64,000 nucleotides of DNA from Calditrichaceae bacterium (GTDB lineage Bacteria > Calditrichota > Calditrichia > RBG-13-44-9 > J075): positions 322-64,321 of the forward strand of contig JABWBP010000036.1 in assembly GCA_013360445.1 (NCBI GenBank), read 5' to 3'. The notes beneath the pieces were generated by a model. That model was not told the DNA's origin. It was given only the letters and a program-made list of their open reading frames with translations, and did not search any database. Within the stretch, counting starts at the first letter, position 1. The number at the start of each line of letters is the position of its first letter. Of the stretch, positions 37,385 to 45,702 are shown in pieces. The position numbers and the translations under genes were made by a program.

Positions 37385-37640
37385 CCTCTACCTGGAGTGT
37401 CAAACTTTAGTTTGACGCGGTTTGACTTGGCAATGTTAAATTCCAGAAAATTTAGACAGGATGAACAGAAATGCCTTAAACAATCCTGTTTTATCCTGTC
37501 AATCCTGCCAAAAAATCCTAATTCAACATTGTCAAGTTGATTACGGGCTGGTCTGAAGTTTTGCGCTTCTTGCTTCCGGTTTGCAGCCGGCCGCCTGCAA
37601 AACTGAAGTTTTGCTCCAAAGGAGCCGCTTCGTGGCACTC

Positions 37641-39197
37641 CTAAGTGGCGGAATGCAGTTCCAACAGCCGCGCTTTCTCTTTTTTCCCGGTGGCGCTCAC
37701 GGGAATCTTGTCGATAAACTCCACGTACTTGGGAATTTTGGTGGAGCTGAGGTGCTGGGTGCAGTAGGCGATGATGTCGTTCTCTTTCAGATTTTTGCCG
37801 TTGAGCACGATGTAGGCTTTGACCGCCTCGCCCAACAGGTCATCCGGCACCCCGATGATGGAGCAATCCACCACTTCCGGCAGGCGCACGATCACCTCTT
37901 CGATCTCCTTGGGGCTGATCCGCTCCCCGCCCACTTTGATGAATTCTTTCTCCCGCGCCACGATGTAGATGTAGCCGTCTTCATCCACGGTGCCCAGGTC
38001 GCCGGTGTAGAGCTTGCCGTTGCGAATGGTGCGGGCGGTCAATTCCGGGTCCTGAAAATACCCGGCCATGATGTTCCCGCCGCTGGCCGCCAATTCCCCT
38101 ACCTCGCCCGGTTTTACCGGTTGGCCGGCTTTGTTGAGCACCTCCAATTTCACCCCCGGAATTCCCCTGCCGATGGAGCCGATTTTAGCGGGGAGCATCT
38201 CCGGGGGCAGGTAGGAGAGCCGGGCGGTGGCTTCGGTCTGGCCGTACATCACATAAAATTTTACTTCCGGAAACGCTTCCGTGAACTCTTTGATAAACGG
38301 CACCGGCAGCTTGCCCCCGGCCTGGGTAACGTAGCGGAGGTGCGGAAACTTCGTCTCTTTGAACCGCCGCGACTTGCGAAGAATGATCTGGTAATGGCTG
38401 GGAACCCCGGAAAAACCGGTGCATTGATAGGTTTGCAGGTCTTCGATGACGGTGTTGAGCATCATAAAAGTATTATTCAGCACCAGGGAGCCGCCCACCC
38501 GCAGGTGGGTGTGCAGCAGGGACAATCCGAAGCAGTAATAAAACGGGAGCACCACTTCGATGCGGTCGGCCTCGGTCAATTTCAAATACTCGATGATCGA
38601 CTCGGTGTTGGCGATGAGGTTGCCGTGCGTGAGCATTACCCCCTTGGGCAGGGCGGTGGAGCCGGAGGTGAAGAGGATTTCCGCCAGGCGGGAGGGGTTG
38701 AAGGCGGCGGCGAGTTTTGAGTCTTGAGTTTTGAATCTTGAGTCTTGAGTTTCGAGTTTCGAGTTGCGAGTTGCGAGTTGCGGGTTTTGAGTTGCGGGCG
38801 GGGTTGGCGCCGGCTCGGGAAAGGCCGCCGGGGCGGATTCGTCAAAAACCTGCTCGAACAGGGGGCTGAATTTTTCCATCGAGCGTTTCTGAATGAACCC
38901 GATCTTCGCCCCGCACTGGCCCACGATGTGCGCCAGCGCCTCCGCTCCGATGGCGGGATTGACCGGCACGCAAACGTTGCCGGATTTGATGATCCCTAAG
39001 TAAGCGGCCACGAAAAATACCGAATTTTCGCCGATGAGGAGGATTTTTTGATCCTCCCCGGCAATGCGGTTCAAATGCGCGGCAATCCGGCAAACCTCGC
39101 GGTACAGCGCCGGGTAGGAAATCTGTTCGGCATTCCCCACGATCACGTCCTTGTCGAGGAACGTCGAGGTTTCAAATGCATAATCCGTGAAATTCAT
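37641..39197 (-). CDS. AMP-dependent synthetase/ligase (acyl/aminoacyl adenylating enzyme) with an in-frame low-complexity insertion
   Basis: AMP-binding core ILFTSGSTALPKGVMLTHGNL and A8-like GDLGTVDEDGYIYIVAREKEFIKVGGERISPKEIEE. A 40-aa Q/T/K/S-rich insert (PTPPATQNPQLATRNSKLETQDSRFKTQDSKLAAAF) lies immediately before the core motif. The gene overlaps the ACP gene by 4 nt. Confidence 0.8.
   Translation of the reverse strand: MNFTDYAFETSTFLDKDVIVGNAEQISYPALYREVCRIAAHLNRIAGEDQKILLIGENSVFFVAAYLGIIKSGNVCVPVNPAIGAEALAHIVGQCGAKIGFIQKRSMEKFSPLFEQVFDESAPAAFPEPAPTPPATQNPQLATRNSKLETQDSRFKTQDSKLAAAFNPSRLAEILFTSGSTALPKGVMLTHGNLIANTESIIEYLKLTEADRIEVVLPFYYCFGLSLLHTHLRVGGSLVLNNTFMMLNTVIEDLQTYQCTGFSGVPSHYQIILRKSRRFKETKFPHLRYVTQAGGKLPVPFIKEFTEAFPEVKFYVMYGQTEATARLSYLPPEMLPAKIGSIGRGIPGVKLEVLNKAGQPVKPGEVGELAASGGNIMAGYFQDPELTARTIRNGKLYTGDLGTVDEDGYIYIVAREKEFIKVGGERISPKEIEEVIVRLPEVVDCSIIGVPDDLLGEAVKAYIVLNGKNLKENDIIAYCTQHLSSTKIPKYVEFIDKIPVSATGKKEKARLLELHSAT
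38711..38798. repeat. In-frame coding tandem repeat (GAGTTTTGAGTTGCGAGTT family) inside the AMP-ligase CDS
   Basis: cgagttttgagtcttgagttttgaatcttgagtcttgagtttcgagtttcgagttgcgagttgcgagttgcgggttttgagttgcggg. On the coding strand it specifies the NPQLATRNSKLETQDSRFKTQDSKL insert. Confidence 0.7.
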
Positions 39198-39472
39198 GCA
39201 GCGACTCCGTAATTTTGGAGGATCTCCCTGATCTTTTTGACACTGCTCATGTTGATGATGTCATCCATGTCCAATTCGATATCGTACACTTCTTCCAGGC
39301 GGGCGGTAAACTTCAGGTGGTTCAAAGAATCCCACTTTTCGATTTCCTGGTATTTTATATTATCGTGAACTTGTTCCACCGGGATATTGAAGCATTCGCT
39401 GAAAATCTGTTCAACAGTCATATCATAATCCTTCCGATAAGTGTGTGTGAGACTTAATTCCCTTTTTGTCAA
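39194..39472 (-). CDS. Acyl carrier protein (phosphopantetheine-binding)
   Basis: 92 aa. WDSLNHLKFTARLE contains the DSL phosphopantetheine-attachment serine. Coupled to the AMP-ligase by an ATGA overlap. Confidence 0.75.
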   Translation of the reverse strand: MTKRELSLTHTYRKDYDMTVEQIFSECFNIPVEQVHDNIKYQEIEKWDSLNHLKFTARLEEVYDIELDMDDIINMSSVKKIREILQNYGVAA

Positions 39473-39864
39473 ACGCGCCGTTGCAGCGCTCAGCGTTTAA
39501 ATATGGAGATTTGAATGCCGGGGGGATTGATTCAAGTCAAAATGAGGGCGGGGCGAATTTTGCGAAGCCTTTTAGATCCGGTGATGTGGCAAAGAGAAAA
39601 AAAGTGGCGGCTGGCAGTCGGCCTGCATGTCAAATTGCACCCCGGAAGGCCGGGGCGGCAATCTTAGATTATCTCTGATGTTACGCGTTTTGCCACATGG
39701 TTCGATAAACTCACCATGCAAAAGACACGGAGAACCCAGGGTTTACAGCAACTTTTTTAGTGTTTTTACTTCTCAGTGCAATCTCAGCATCAATAAACAT
39801 TTAATTTCCTCCGTGCCCTCTGTGGCTCTGTGGCAAATTCTTTTGTCCTGCGTAACATCAGTTA

Positions 39865-41262
39865 TCACAATTCCAGTATTTCCCGGAAGGTCTCGATGGA
39901 TTTCGACATATCGTAGCGTTTCCGGTGCTCGCGGATGAAATCGAGGTTGTAATTTGGATGCTGATAGAGGAACAGGATGCCCTTCTCCACGTCGCGGACG
40001 TCGTTGTAATCCGCAAAGACGCCGAATCCTTCTTTGACCGCCGCCTCGGTGGCGCTCTCTTTCTCCGCCACCGCAAAAATCGGCTTGCCCAGGCAAAGGT
40101 AATCGAAAAATTTGCCGGGCAGTTGCAGTTTGGTGAGGGGCTGCAACAGGATGAGCGCCTGGCTTTCGGCCATCATTTCCATCACTTTGGCGTAACTGAC
40201 CCGGGGTAAAAAGCGCACCACGTCTGCGATGCCCAACTCCTTCGCCAGCGGGGGGACGTGCGCCAGGTCCGGGGTAACCCCGCCGATAAATTGAAAAGAG
40301 ATTTTCTCCCGCTCGATCTCGCCGCGTTCGGCCAGGTTCTTCACCGCGTAGAGGATGGGAGTGGGATCGCGAAATTTGTAGAGCGAGCCGGCGTGGATGA
40401 AGGTGACTTTCCCGGCTTTGGCGCCGTTTTGATCGCCCCCGGCGGGAGGGGGGGAAGCGCTTTCCGGGTCGTACCCGTTGGAGAAAAACTTGAATTTCTC
40501 CGCCGGAAGGCCCGGATAACTGCGGATAAAATCCTGCTGCATCTGGCGGGTGATCAGGGTCACCTGGTCGGCCTTGCTCACCACCCAGCGTTCAAAAGCG
40601 ATGATCCGGCGGTGTTTCCAGCGCTCGAAAGCGTTGAGGGTGCGCTCCGCCGCCTCCCAGGGGGAACGCGCCCAGGGATCCCGGAAATCCACCACTAATT
40701 TTTTGCCGGTAAGTATTTTCAGAATGGTGGAAATAAGGTGCAGGCTGTGGGAAGGGGAGCTGGAAAAAATCACGTCCACCCGCTCTTTTTTGATAATGCG
40801 GTACCCTTTAAGCACCGCCAGGGGCAGCCAGGTGACGTGCTTATCGGGAAATTGAAAAATCTCGGTGATAAAATCCTTCAAATTTTGCCACCAGCCTCCC
40901 TGCCATTTGGCGACCTCCGGGCGGGGAGCGCCTTCGGAATCGCCGGAATCGGCCAGTCGGAAAACCGGGCGCGCCTGCTTCACGGAACCGCGCACCAGCC
41001 GGGAGCGAATGGCGTGCCGGAGATTCAGCAGAAAAAATACCAGGTCAAATTTATGGGTGCGGTAAACCGTGACCCGGTCGAGATAGGAGAGTTTGCCATT
41101 TTCGGCGCGGCCGGGAGGAAGGGGATGATAATTTTCCTTCAAAGTCAGCACCGAGACGGCCCATTGGGAGGGATCCAGGTATTTGCAGATGCGCAAAATC
41201 CGCTGGGTTCCGATGGAAAGATTGGGAGGATAATTGGTGGTAATGATCAATAGACGTTTCAT
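39865..41262 (-). CDS. Glycosyltransferase family 4 (GT-B, GT1-like)
   Basis: N-terminal MKRLLIITTNYPPNLSIGTQRI is typical of GT4. The C-terminal E..E region is LLQPLTKLQLPGKFFDYLCLGKPIFAV. 465 aa. Confidence 0.65.
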   Translation of the reverse strand: MKRLLIITTNYPPNLSIGTQRILRICKYLDPSQWAVSVLTLKENYHPLPPGRAENGKLSYLDRVTVYRTHKFDLVFFLLNLRHAIRSRLVRGSVKQARPVFRLADSGDSEGAPRPEVAKWQGGWWQNLKDFITEIFQFPDKHVTWLPLAVLKGYRIIKKERVDVIFSSSPSHSLHLISTILKILTGKKLVVDFRDPWARSPWEAAERTLNAFERWKHRRIIAFERWVVSKADQVTLITRQMQQDFIRSYPGLPAEKFKFFSNGYDPESASPPPAGGDQNGAKAGKVTFIHAGSLYKFRDPTPILYAVKNLAERGEIEREKISFQFIGGVTPDLAHVPPLAKELGIADVVRFLPRVSYAKVMEMMAESQALILLQPLTKLQLPGKFFDYLCLGKPIFAVAEKESATEAAVKEGFGVFADYNDVRDVEKGILFLYQHPNYNLDFIREHRKRYDMSKSIETFREILEL

Positions 41263-42584
41263 CGGATTACCGGGCTTGGTAAGGCGATTTCAGGCTCCGT
41301 TGCCGGCACAGCCGCTTCCGGGTGAGTTTCTTTTTTCAACCGTTCATATTCCGCTTTTTGCATGTTGTAAATCATCATAACAAAGGAACTCAGCCAGAAT
41401 ACGATCTCGGCGTACTGGCGGCTATGGAAGATACCGGCCGCGCAGATTCCCAACAAACCCAACTGCGCCGCGGTCATTTCTAAGGAATATTTCTGGAATG
41501 CAGGCATTTTTTTGGAGAGGCGTTTAGATTTGAAGCTCAGGTAAAAAATATGGCCCAGGAAACCGAGATACAGAATGATGCCGATGAATCCCCAGTCCGT
41601 CAGCACCGCGACAAAGGTATTGTGCTGGGTTTTATCATCGTCGATTTCCGGGATGTAATCGAGCGAAAGCTCCGCGAAGCCTCCCCCGCCCACCCCGTAG
41701 GGATGGTCTTTCCACATCCGGTAAGCGCCCCCCCAGATGTGCAAACGGCTGGTCGCGGAGCCGTCGTCATAGGTTTCCATGGTCTGGCGTTCGGTGAATT
41801 GCTCGTTGGTCAACTGGGTGAACAAGAAACCCCCGATTACCAGCCCGGCAATCACGGCGTAGCGCGCCCGGCCTTTCACCAGGAAAATCGAAAATACGCC
41901 CACCACTAACAATCCCAAGAAAGAAGCCCGGCTATTGGCCAGGATGATCAGGTTGAACAGGAAGGGAATCGTCAGCGCCGCAAACAGCTTGGCCCAGCGA
42001 TTTTTGGTGGTCAGAATATACATTCCGATGAACGGCATTACCGCCACCACGTGGGCGGAAACCGCGTTTTCCTCCGTGGCGTTGGGCGCAATCATTCCAA
42101 TATCCCGGTTGGACCCTTCATTGTAAGCGATCCAACCCCAATAACCTAAGCAGACGATCATCACCCAGACCATTTTCCGGTAGTCCTCATAATCGCGGAC
42201 AATGGAGATCATCAAAACAAAATTGATCAGGACTTTGAAAATCTCGAAAGCCTTTGAGTAGCTGGCCTCGGGAATGATGGCGTGCATGTAGGATACGAAG
42301 TACATATTCAGCACCATCAGGGTAACCCAAATGGCAGGGCGGAGATCCGGTTTTTCCAGGGGGTTTTGTTTACCGCGGTGGATCAGCCAGCTGAGCAGGG
42401 TGGCAATGGCAACCGTAAACGACCAGCCTAACGGGTTATCCGGTATATCATCGCCCCACCAGAAGTAGGGCGGATGATTATGCCACTCGAAGATATAGGT
42501 AAATACGCCGTACACCGGCTTGCGGAAGGTCATGATCAGCCCGGTAAAATAGATCAGGCAGAATAGAATGGCGGTAACGCTCAT
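41259..42584 (-). CDS. wzy: O-antigen ligase/polymerase family protein (Wzy_C domain)
   Basis: 10-12 TM segments. The periplasmic loop HNTFVAVLTDWGFIG matches the Wzy_C signature (HN..L..L.E.G..G). 441 aa. Confidence 0.65.
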   Translation of the reverse strand: MSVTAILFCLIYFTGLIMTFRKPVYGVFTYIFEWHNHPPYFWWGDDIPDNPLGWSFTVAIATLLSWLIHRGKQNPLEKPDLRPAIWVTLMVLNMYFVSYMHAIIPEASYSKAFEIFKVLINFVLMISIVRDYEDYRKMVWVMIVCLGYWGWIAYNEGSNRDIGMIAPNATEENAVSAHVVAVMPFIGMYILTTKNRWAKLFAALTIPFLFNLIILANSRASFLGLLVVGVFSIFLVKGRARYAVIAGLVIGGFLFTQLTNEQFTERQTMETYDDGSATSRLHIWGGAYRMWKDHPYGVGGGGFAELSLDYIPEIDDDKTQHNTFVAVLTDWGFIGIILYLGFLGHIFYLSFKSKRLSKKMPAFQKYSLEMTAAQLGLLGICAAGIFHSRQYAEIVFWLSSFVMMIYNMQKAEYERLKKETHPEAAVPATEPEIALPSPVIR

Positions 42585-42781
42585 GGCGATCCTTCAATTG
42601 ATTTCAGGCATTGCGGCGCCGGAAATTGCGCAGCGGCTCATTTTTTTATTCAGCCGCAAATTTAACCTTCTCCTTAACCGCCGTTGTGATAGATAACGGC
42701 TTCCGGGGAAAAACTTGCCGGAGGGAGAGGGGAGAATATGAAGTGGGTAACAGAATGGCGCTTTTGATATAGTGGTCAACT

Positions 42782-43000
42782 TTAACGGGCCGGATTGGAG
42801 AATTTCTCGGCAACTTTATAAACCTCTTCCCGGGGATCATTCCAAAATTCAAAAGCCTCTTCGCTCTGTTTGAGATAGCCCAGCCTTTCTATTTTCTGAA
42901 TAATTTCATCGTCAGACAACAGGCGGGCTAAAAATAGCCAGAGGTCTTTTTCTTCAAGATTTTTGATCTCTTTATAAAGCTCCTGGGTTGACATATCCAT
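42782..43000 (-). CDS. Small hypothetical protein (72 aa) in an AT-rich island
   Basis: Clean ORF (MDMSTQELYKEIKNLEEKDLWLFLARLL..). It sits in a low-GC 580-bp stretch next to a MITE copy. No similarity was recognised. Confidence 0.3.
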   Translation of the reverse strand: MDMSTQELYKEIKNLEEKDLWLFLARLLSDDEIIQKIERLGYLKQSEEAFEFWNDPREEVYKVAEKFSNPAR

Positions 43001-43023
43001 TCCTCTATTTTGAATTAAAATAT

Positions 43024-43168
43024 TTGTAACTATTCAGGCGTTTTGCCACAGAGGCCACAGAGAGCACAGAGACATAAAAAAATTCCTAATCAAATCACAA
43101 ATACAGGGATATAAGGCTCTACGCAGAAAACAACAGAAAAGATTGAACAGGAATTACTATTCAACCCC
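43024..43168. mobile_element. MITE-like element, reverse-oriented copy with a divergent second end
   Basis: gtaactattcaggcgttttgccacagaggccacagagagcacagagacataaaaaaattcctaatcaaatcacaaatacagg is the reverse complement of 30390-30474. It ends in ggaattactattcaacc (a TIR-like end). Confidence 0.6.
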
Positions 43169-43172
43169 GGTC

Positions 43173-44354
43173 TCAGGGAAGTAATTTTTTCCGAACGTTT
43201 TGAAGAAAGGGAAGCACGGTCGGCAGGGGATCGAACCAGCGGAAATGCGGGAACACCTGCGGCCGCGCCACGCTCTTGAACCAGCTCCAAAAGGTGATCT
43301 CCTTCAACCCCTTCAGCTCTTTGTAGGCTTTATAATCCAGGGACGGGAACCACAAGGTCATGCGCTGTTTGTATGAATTTACCGCCGGAAGGGGCAGCCC
43401 GGCCAGGTGGTTGTAGAGAATCAGCGAGGTGTCCATGCCGCAGCGCACTAACAATTCGTGGGCGGCGGTAAACCGGGGATTGCACTCGATGATCTTCAAC
43501 TGCCCGTCGCGCAAATCGCGCTTGAACTCTACGTTGCCCAGCCCCCGGAAATTGATGCCCCGGAAAAATTTCAAGCCTAATTCGGCAATTTCCGGGTCCC
43601 AGTCGGTGATGTGGTAGGTGGCCGGCCCGTTATTCTTGGGAAAACGGCGCAGCACCTTTTTGGTGTAATGGAACAGGGTATTTCCCCGGGCGTCGATGTA
43701 GGTATAATAACTGCCTAACAGGCTGTCCGGGCCGGGGATGAATTCGCTGATGATCACTTTCAATTCATATTGCAGCACCTGCTGCAAGCGGCGCTGAAGC
43801 TCCCCCGGGGAGTTCACGATGAACAGTTTATCATCCGGGAAGAAGCGTTTGAATACGTGCGATTGCTGCGGCTTGACGATCAGGGGAAATTTGAAATCTC
43901 CATCGACCTTTTGCAGGTCCGCGGGGCATTCCACGGCGGTGAATTTCGGGGTGGGCAGCCCGATGGAGCGGGTCAGCTCCATGGTTTTGCGCTTGTTGAT
44001 CAGCAGCAATTGCAAATCGGGAATGGATTCATCTAAAATGTAATGATTTTCCAACTCCTTGCGGAATTTGGCCGCGAATTCGATGGCGTCGTCATTGCAG
44101 GGGAAAATTACGCTGCCGTGCAGGGAGGCGCTGTTGGAAGCCAACAACAGTTCTCCCCAGTAATCCGCCGCGCCGTCTTTGCTGGGGATGGGGAATATTT
44201 TATCGGCGTAGCGGGTATAGCAGGCCCCGGTGTTGCGCAGCACGGCAAGATATACCCGGATTCCCTGCCGGCCCAGGGCGCGGGCGATGGCCAGGGCGTT
44301 GGAGGTTCCGCCTAACACCAGCACCGGCGGTTTTTTCGGATTTACGGTTTTCAT
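43173..44354 (-). CDS. ATP-grasp domain ligase (carboxylate-amine ligase, PylC/CarB-like)
   Basis: N-terminal pre-ATP-grasp Rossmann motif VLVLGGTSNALAIARALGRQGIRVYLAV, with central and C-terminal ATP-grasp lobes. Its start overlaps the upstream ATP-grasp gene stop by 1 nt (TGATG). Confidence 0.6.
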   Translation of the reverse strand: MKTVNPKKPPVLVLGGTSNALAIARALGRQGIRVYLAVLRNTGACYTRYADKIFPIPSKDGAADYWGELLLASNSASLHGSVIFPCNDDAIEFAAKFRKELENHYILDESIPDLQLLLINKRKTMELTRSIGLPTPKFTAVECPADLQKVDGDFKFPLIVKPQQSHVFKRFFPDDKLFIVNSPGELQRRLQQVLQYELKVIISEFIPGPDSLLGSYYTYIDARGNTLFHYTKKVLRRFPKNNGPATYHITDWDPEIAELGLKFFRGINFRGLGNVEFKRDLRDGQLKIIECNPRFTAAHELLVRCGMDTSLILYNHLAGLPLPAVNSYKQRMTLWFPSLDYKAYKELKGLKEITFWSWFKSVARPQVFPHFRWFDPLPTVLPFLQNVRKKLLP

Positions 44355-45529
44355 CACGCTTCGCTCATTTCCTTGTGAATTAAGGGAGCCAGAAAAAAAT
44401 AATGTACCCAACTGAGCGCACAGAGTGATTGAAACACATTAGCGTTCAGTGGTACAATAAAAAGGGCGAAAGCCCTATGCCGGCTCAAGATGTATTCTAA
44501 AATTGCGCCGGCGACCCCGGCGTTTTCCGATTTATTTTTGATCAGGTAGTGATGGTGCAGCCCCGGGTTGGTGTTGATCTCGTTGATGACGCCCCCTACC
44601 TCTGCGAGAGGACGGGTAATATCCGGGGTAATCAAATCCACTCCCACCAGTTTCAGCTTGAATAAATCGGCAATTTCCGCCCCGATCTTAATGGTCGAAG
44701 GATGCACAATCTGGCGAACCGACTCATTCTCCGCGGCGGTATTCTGGTTCACCACGGTTTTCAGGGCGATTTTTTCTCCCGCGCCGGGGCGATACCCCAG
44801 GGAATACCCCTGCTGTTGGAGGCACAATTTGCATTCGTAATCGATCTCCAGGGGAGAAAGGGCGATGATCTCCGGCGCTTGCAGGCGCTTGCGGTTTTCC
44901 GACTGCATCAATTCCTTCAGGGAGCGCTTCCCGTCGCCCACCACCACGGGGGGATCGCGCCGCACCGCGTCGATGAACCTGCCGTTCAAATACAACAAGC
45001 GGTAGGAGCTTCCGGCGATTTCCTTCTCGATCAACAGGCGCTCGGAAAAAGTCGCCGCCCACCAGGATGCTTTGCGCAGTTGGGAGAGGGTTCGAATTTT
45101 GGTGGTAACCCCGTTTCCCGCCCCGGTGGCGGCGGCCGGTTTCACCACGCAAGGCCCCCCGGTTTTGCGGATAAATTCCAGAGCTTTGCCCAGGGAGTGG
45201 AGGCGGTATTCTAAATAATCCTGCACCGGGTAATTTCGTTCAGCTAAAATGCGGTGCACCAGCGGTTTGTTGCCGGCCATGCGCAGGCTCAGGTGATCGT
45301 CCAACATCACCTTCGCTTCCTGCACGAAAGTATAAGCAGCATCGCGGCTGATTTTATAGTATCCGTAGCCGAATTCTTCGAGCTTCGCGCCGATTTCCGC
45401 GGCAGCGTCTTCCCACAATTGGCGGTAAAACCGCTCGCGCAGGCGTTCGAATTGCGGGCGCTCCGCCACCCGGTGATCCAGGAAGTAGCGTTTGATGCGA
45501 TAATAAGCGACTAAAAATTCACTGAACAA
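44354..45529 (-). CDS. ATP-grasp domain protein (RimK/cyanophycin-synthetase-like; sugar-transfer-associated type)
   Basis: CVVKPAAATGAGNGV (ATP-binding loop), LIEKEIAGSSYRLLYLNG, and the C-terminal GGVINEINTNPGL (E.N..PG metal site). Confidence 0.55.
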   Translation of the reverse strand: MFSEFLVAYYRIKRYFLDHRVAERPQFERLRERFYRQLWEDAAAEIGAKLEEFGYGYYKISRDAAYTFVQEAKVMLDDHLSLRMAGNKPLVHRILAERNYPVQDYLEYRLHSLGKALEFIRKTGGPCVVKPAAATGAGNGVTTKIRTLSQLRKASWWAATFSERLLIEKEIAGSSYRLLYLNGRFIDAVRRDPPVVVGDGKRSLKELMQSENRKRLQAPEIIALSPLEIDYECKLCLQQQGYSLGYRPGAGEKIALKTVVNQNTAAENESVRQIVHPSTIKIGAEIADLFKLKLVGVDLITPDITRPLAEVGGVINEINTNPGLHHHYLIKNKSENAGVAGAILEYILSRHRAFALFIVPLNANVFQSLCALSWVHYFFLAPLIHKEMSEA

Positions 45530-45570
45530 TTTTTTATTCCTTTACAACGTTTGCAGCCGGGCGCATTATT

Positions 45571-45702
45571 GAGTGAGAAGTGGCAAGTTGCAAGTGGCAA
45601 GTTGCAAGTGAGAAGTGAGAAGTGGCATGTGAGAAGTATCCCTTTTCATCCCACTTGCCACTTCCCACTTGCCACTTCTCACTTGCCACTTTTCACTTCT
45701 TG
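45571..45702. repeat. Roughly 130-bp imperfect hairpin built from GTGGCAAGTTGCAA / GTGAGAAGT tandem units, overlapping the stop of 45679..46680
   Basis: Left arm gagtgagaagtggcaagttgcaagtggcaagttgcaagtgagaagtgagaagtggcatgtgagaagt, loop atcccttttcatc, right arm ccacttgccacttcccacttgccacttctcacttgccacttttcacttctt. Confidence 0.65.
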
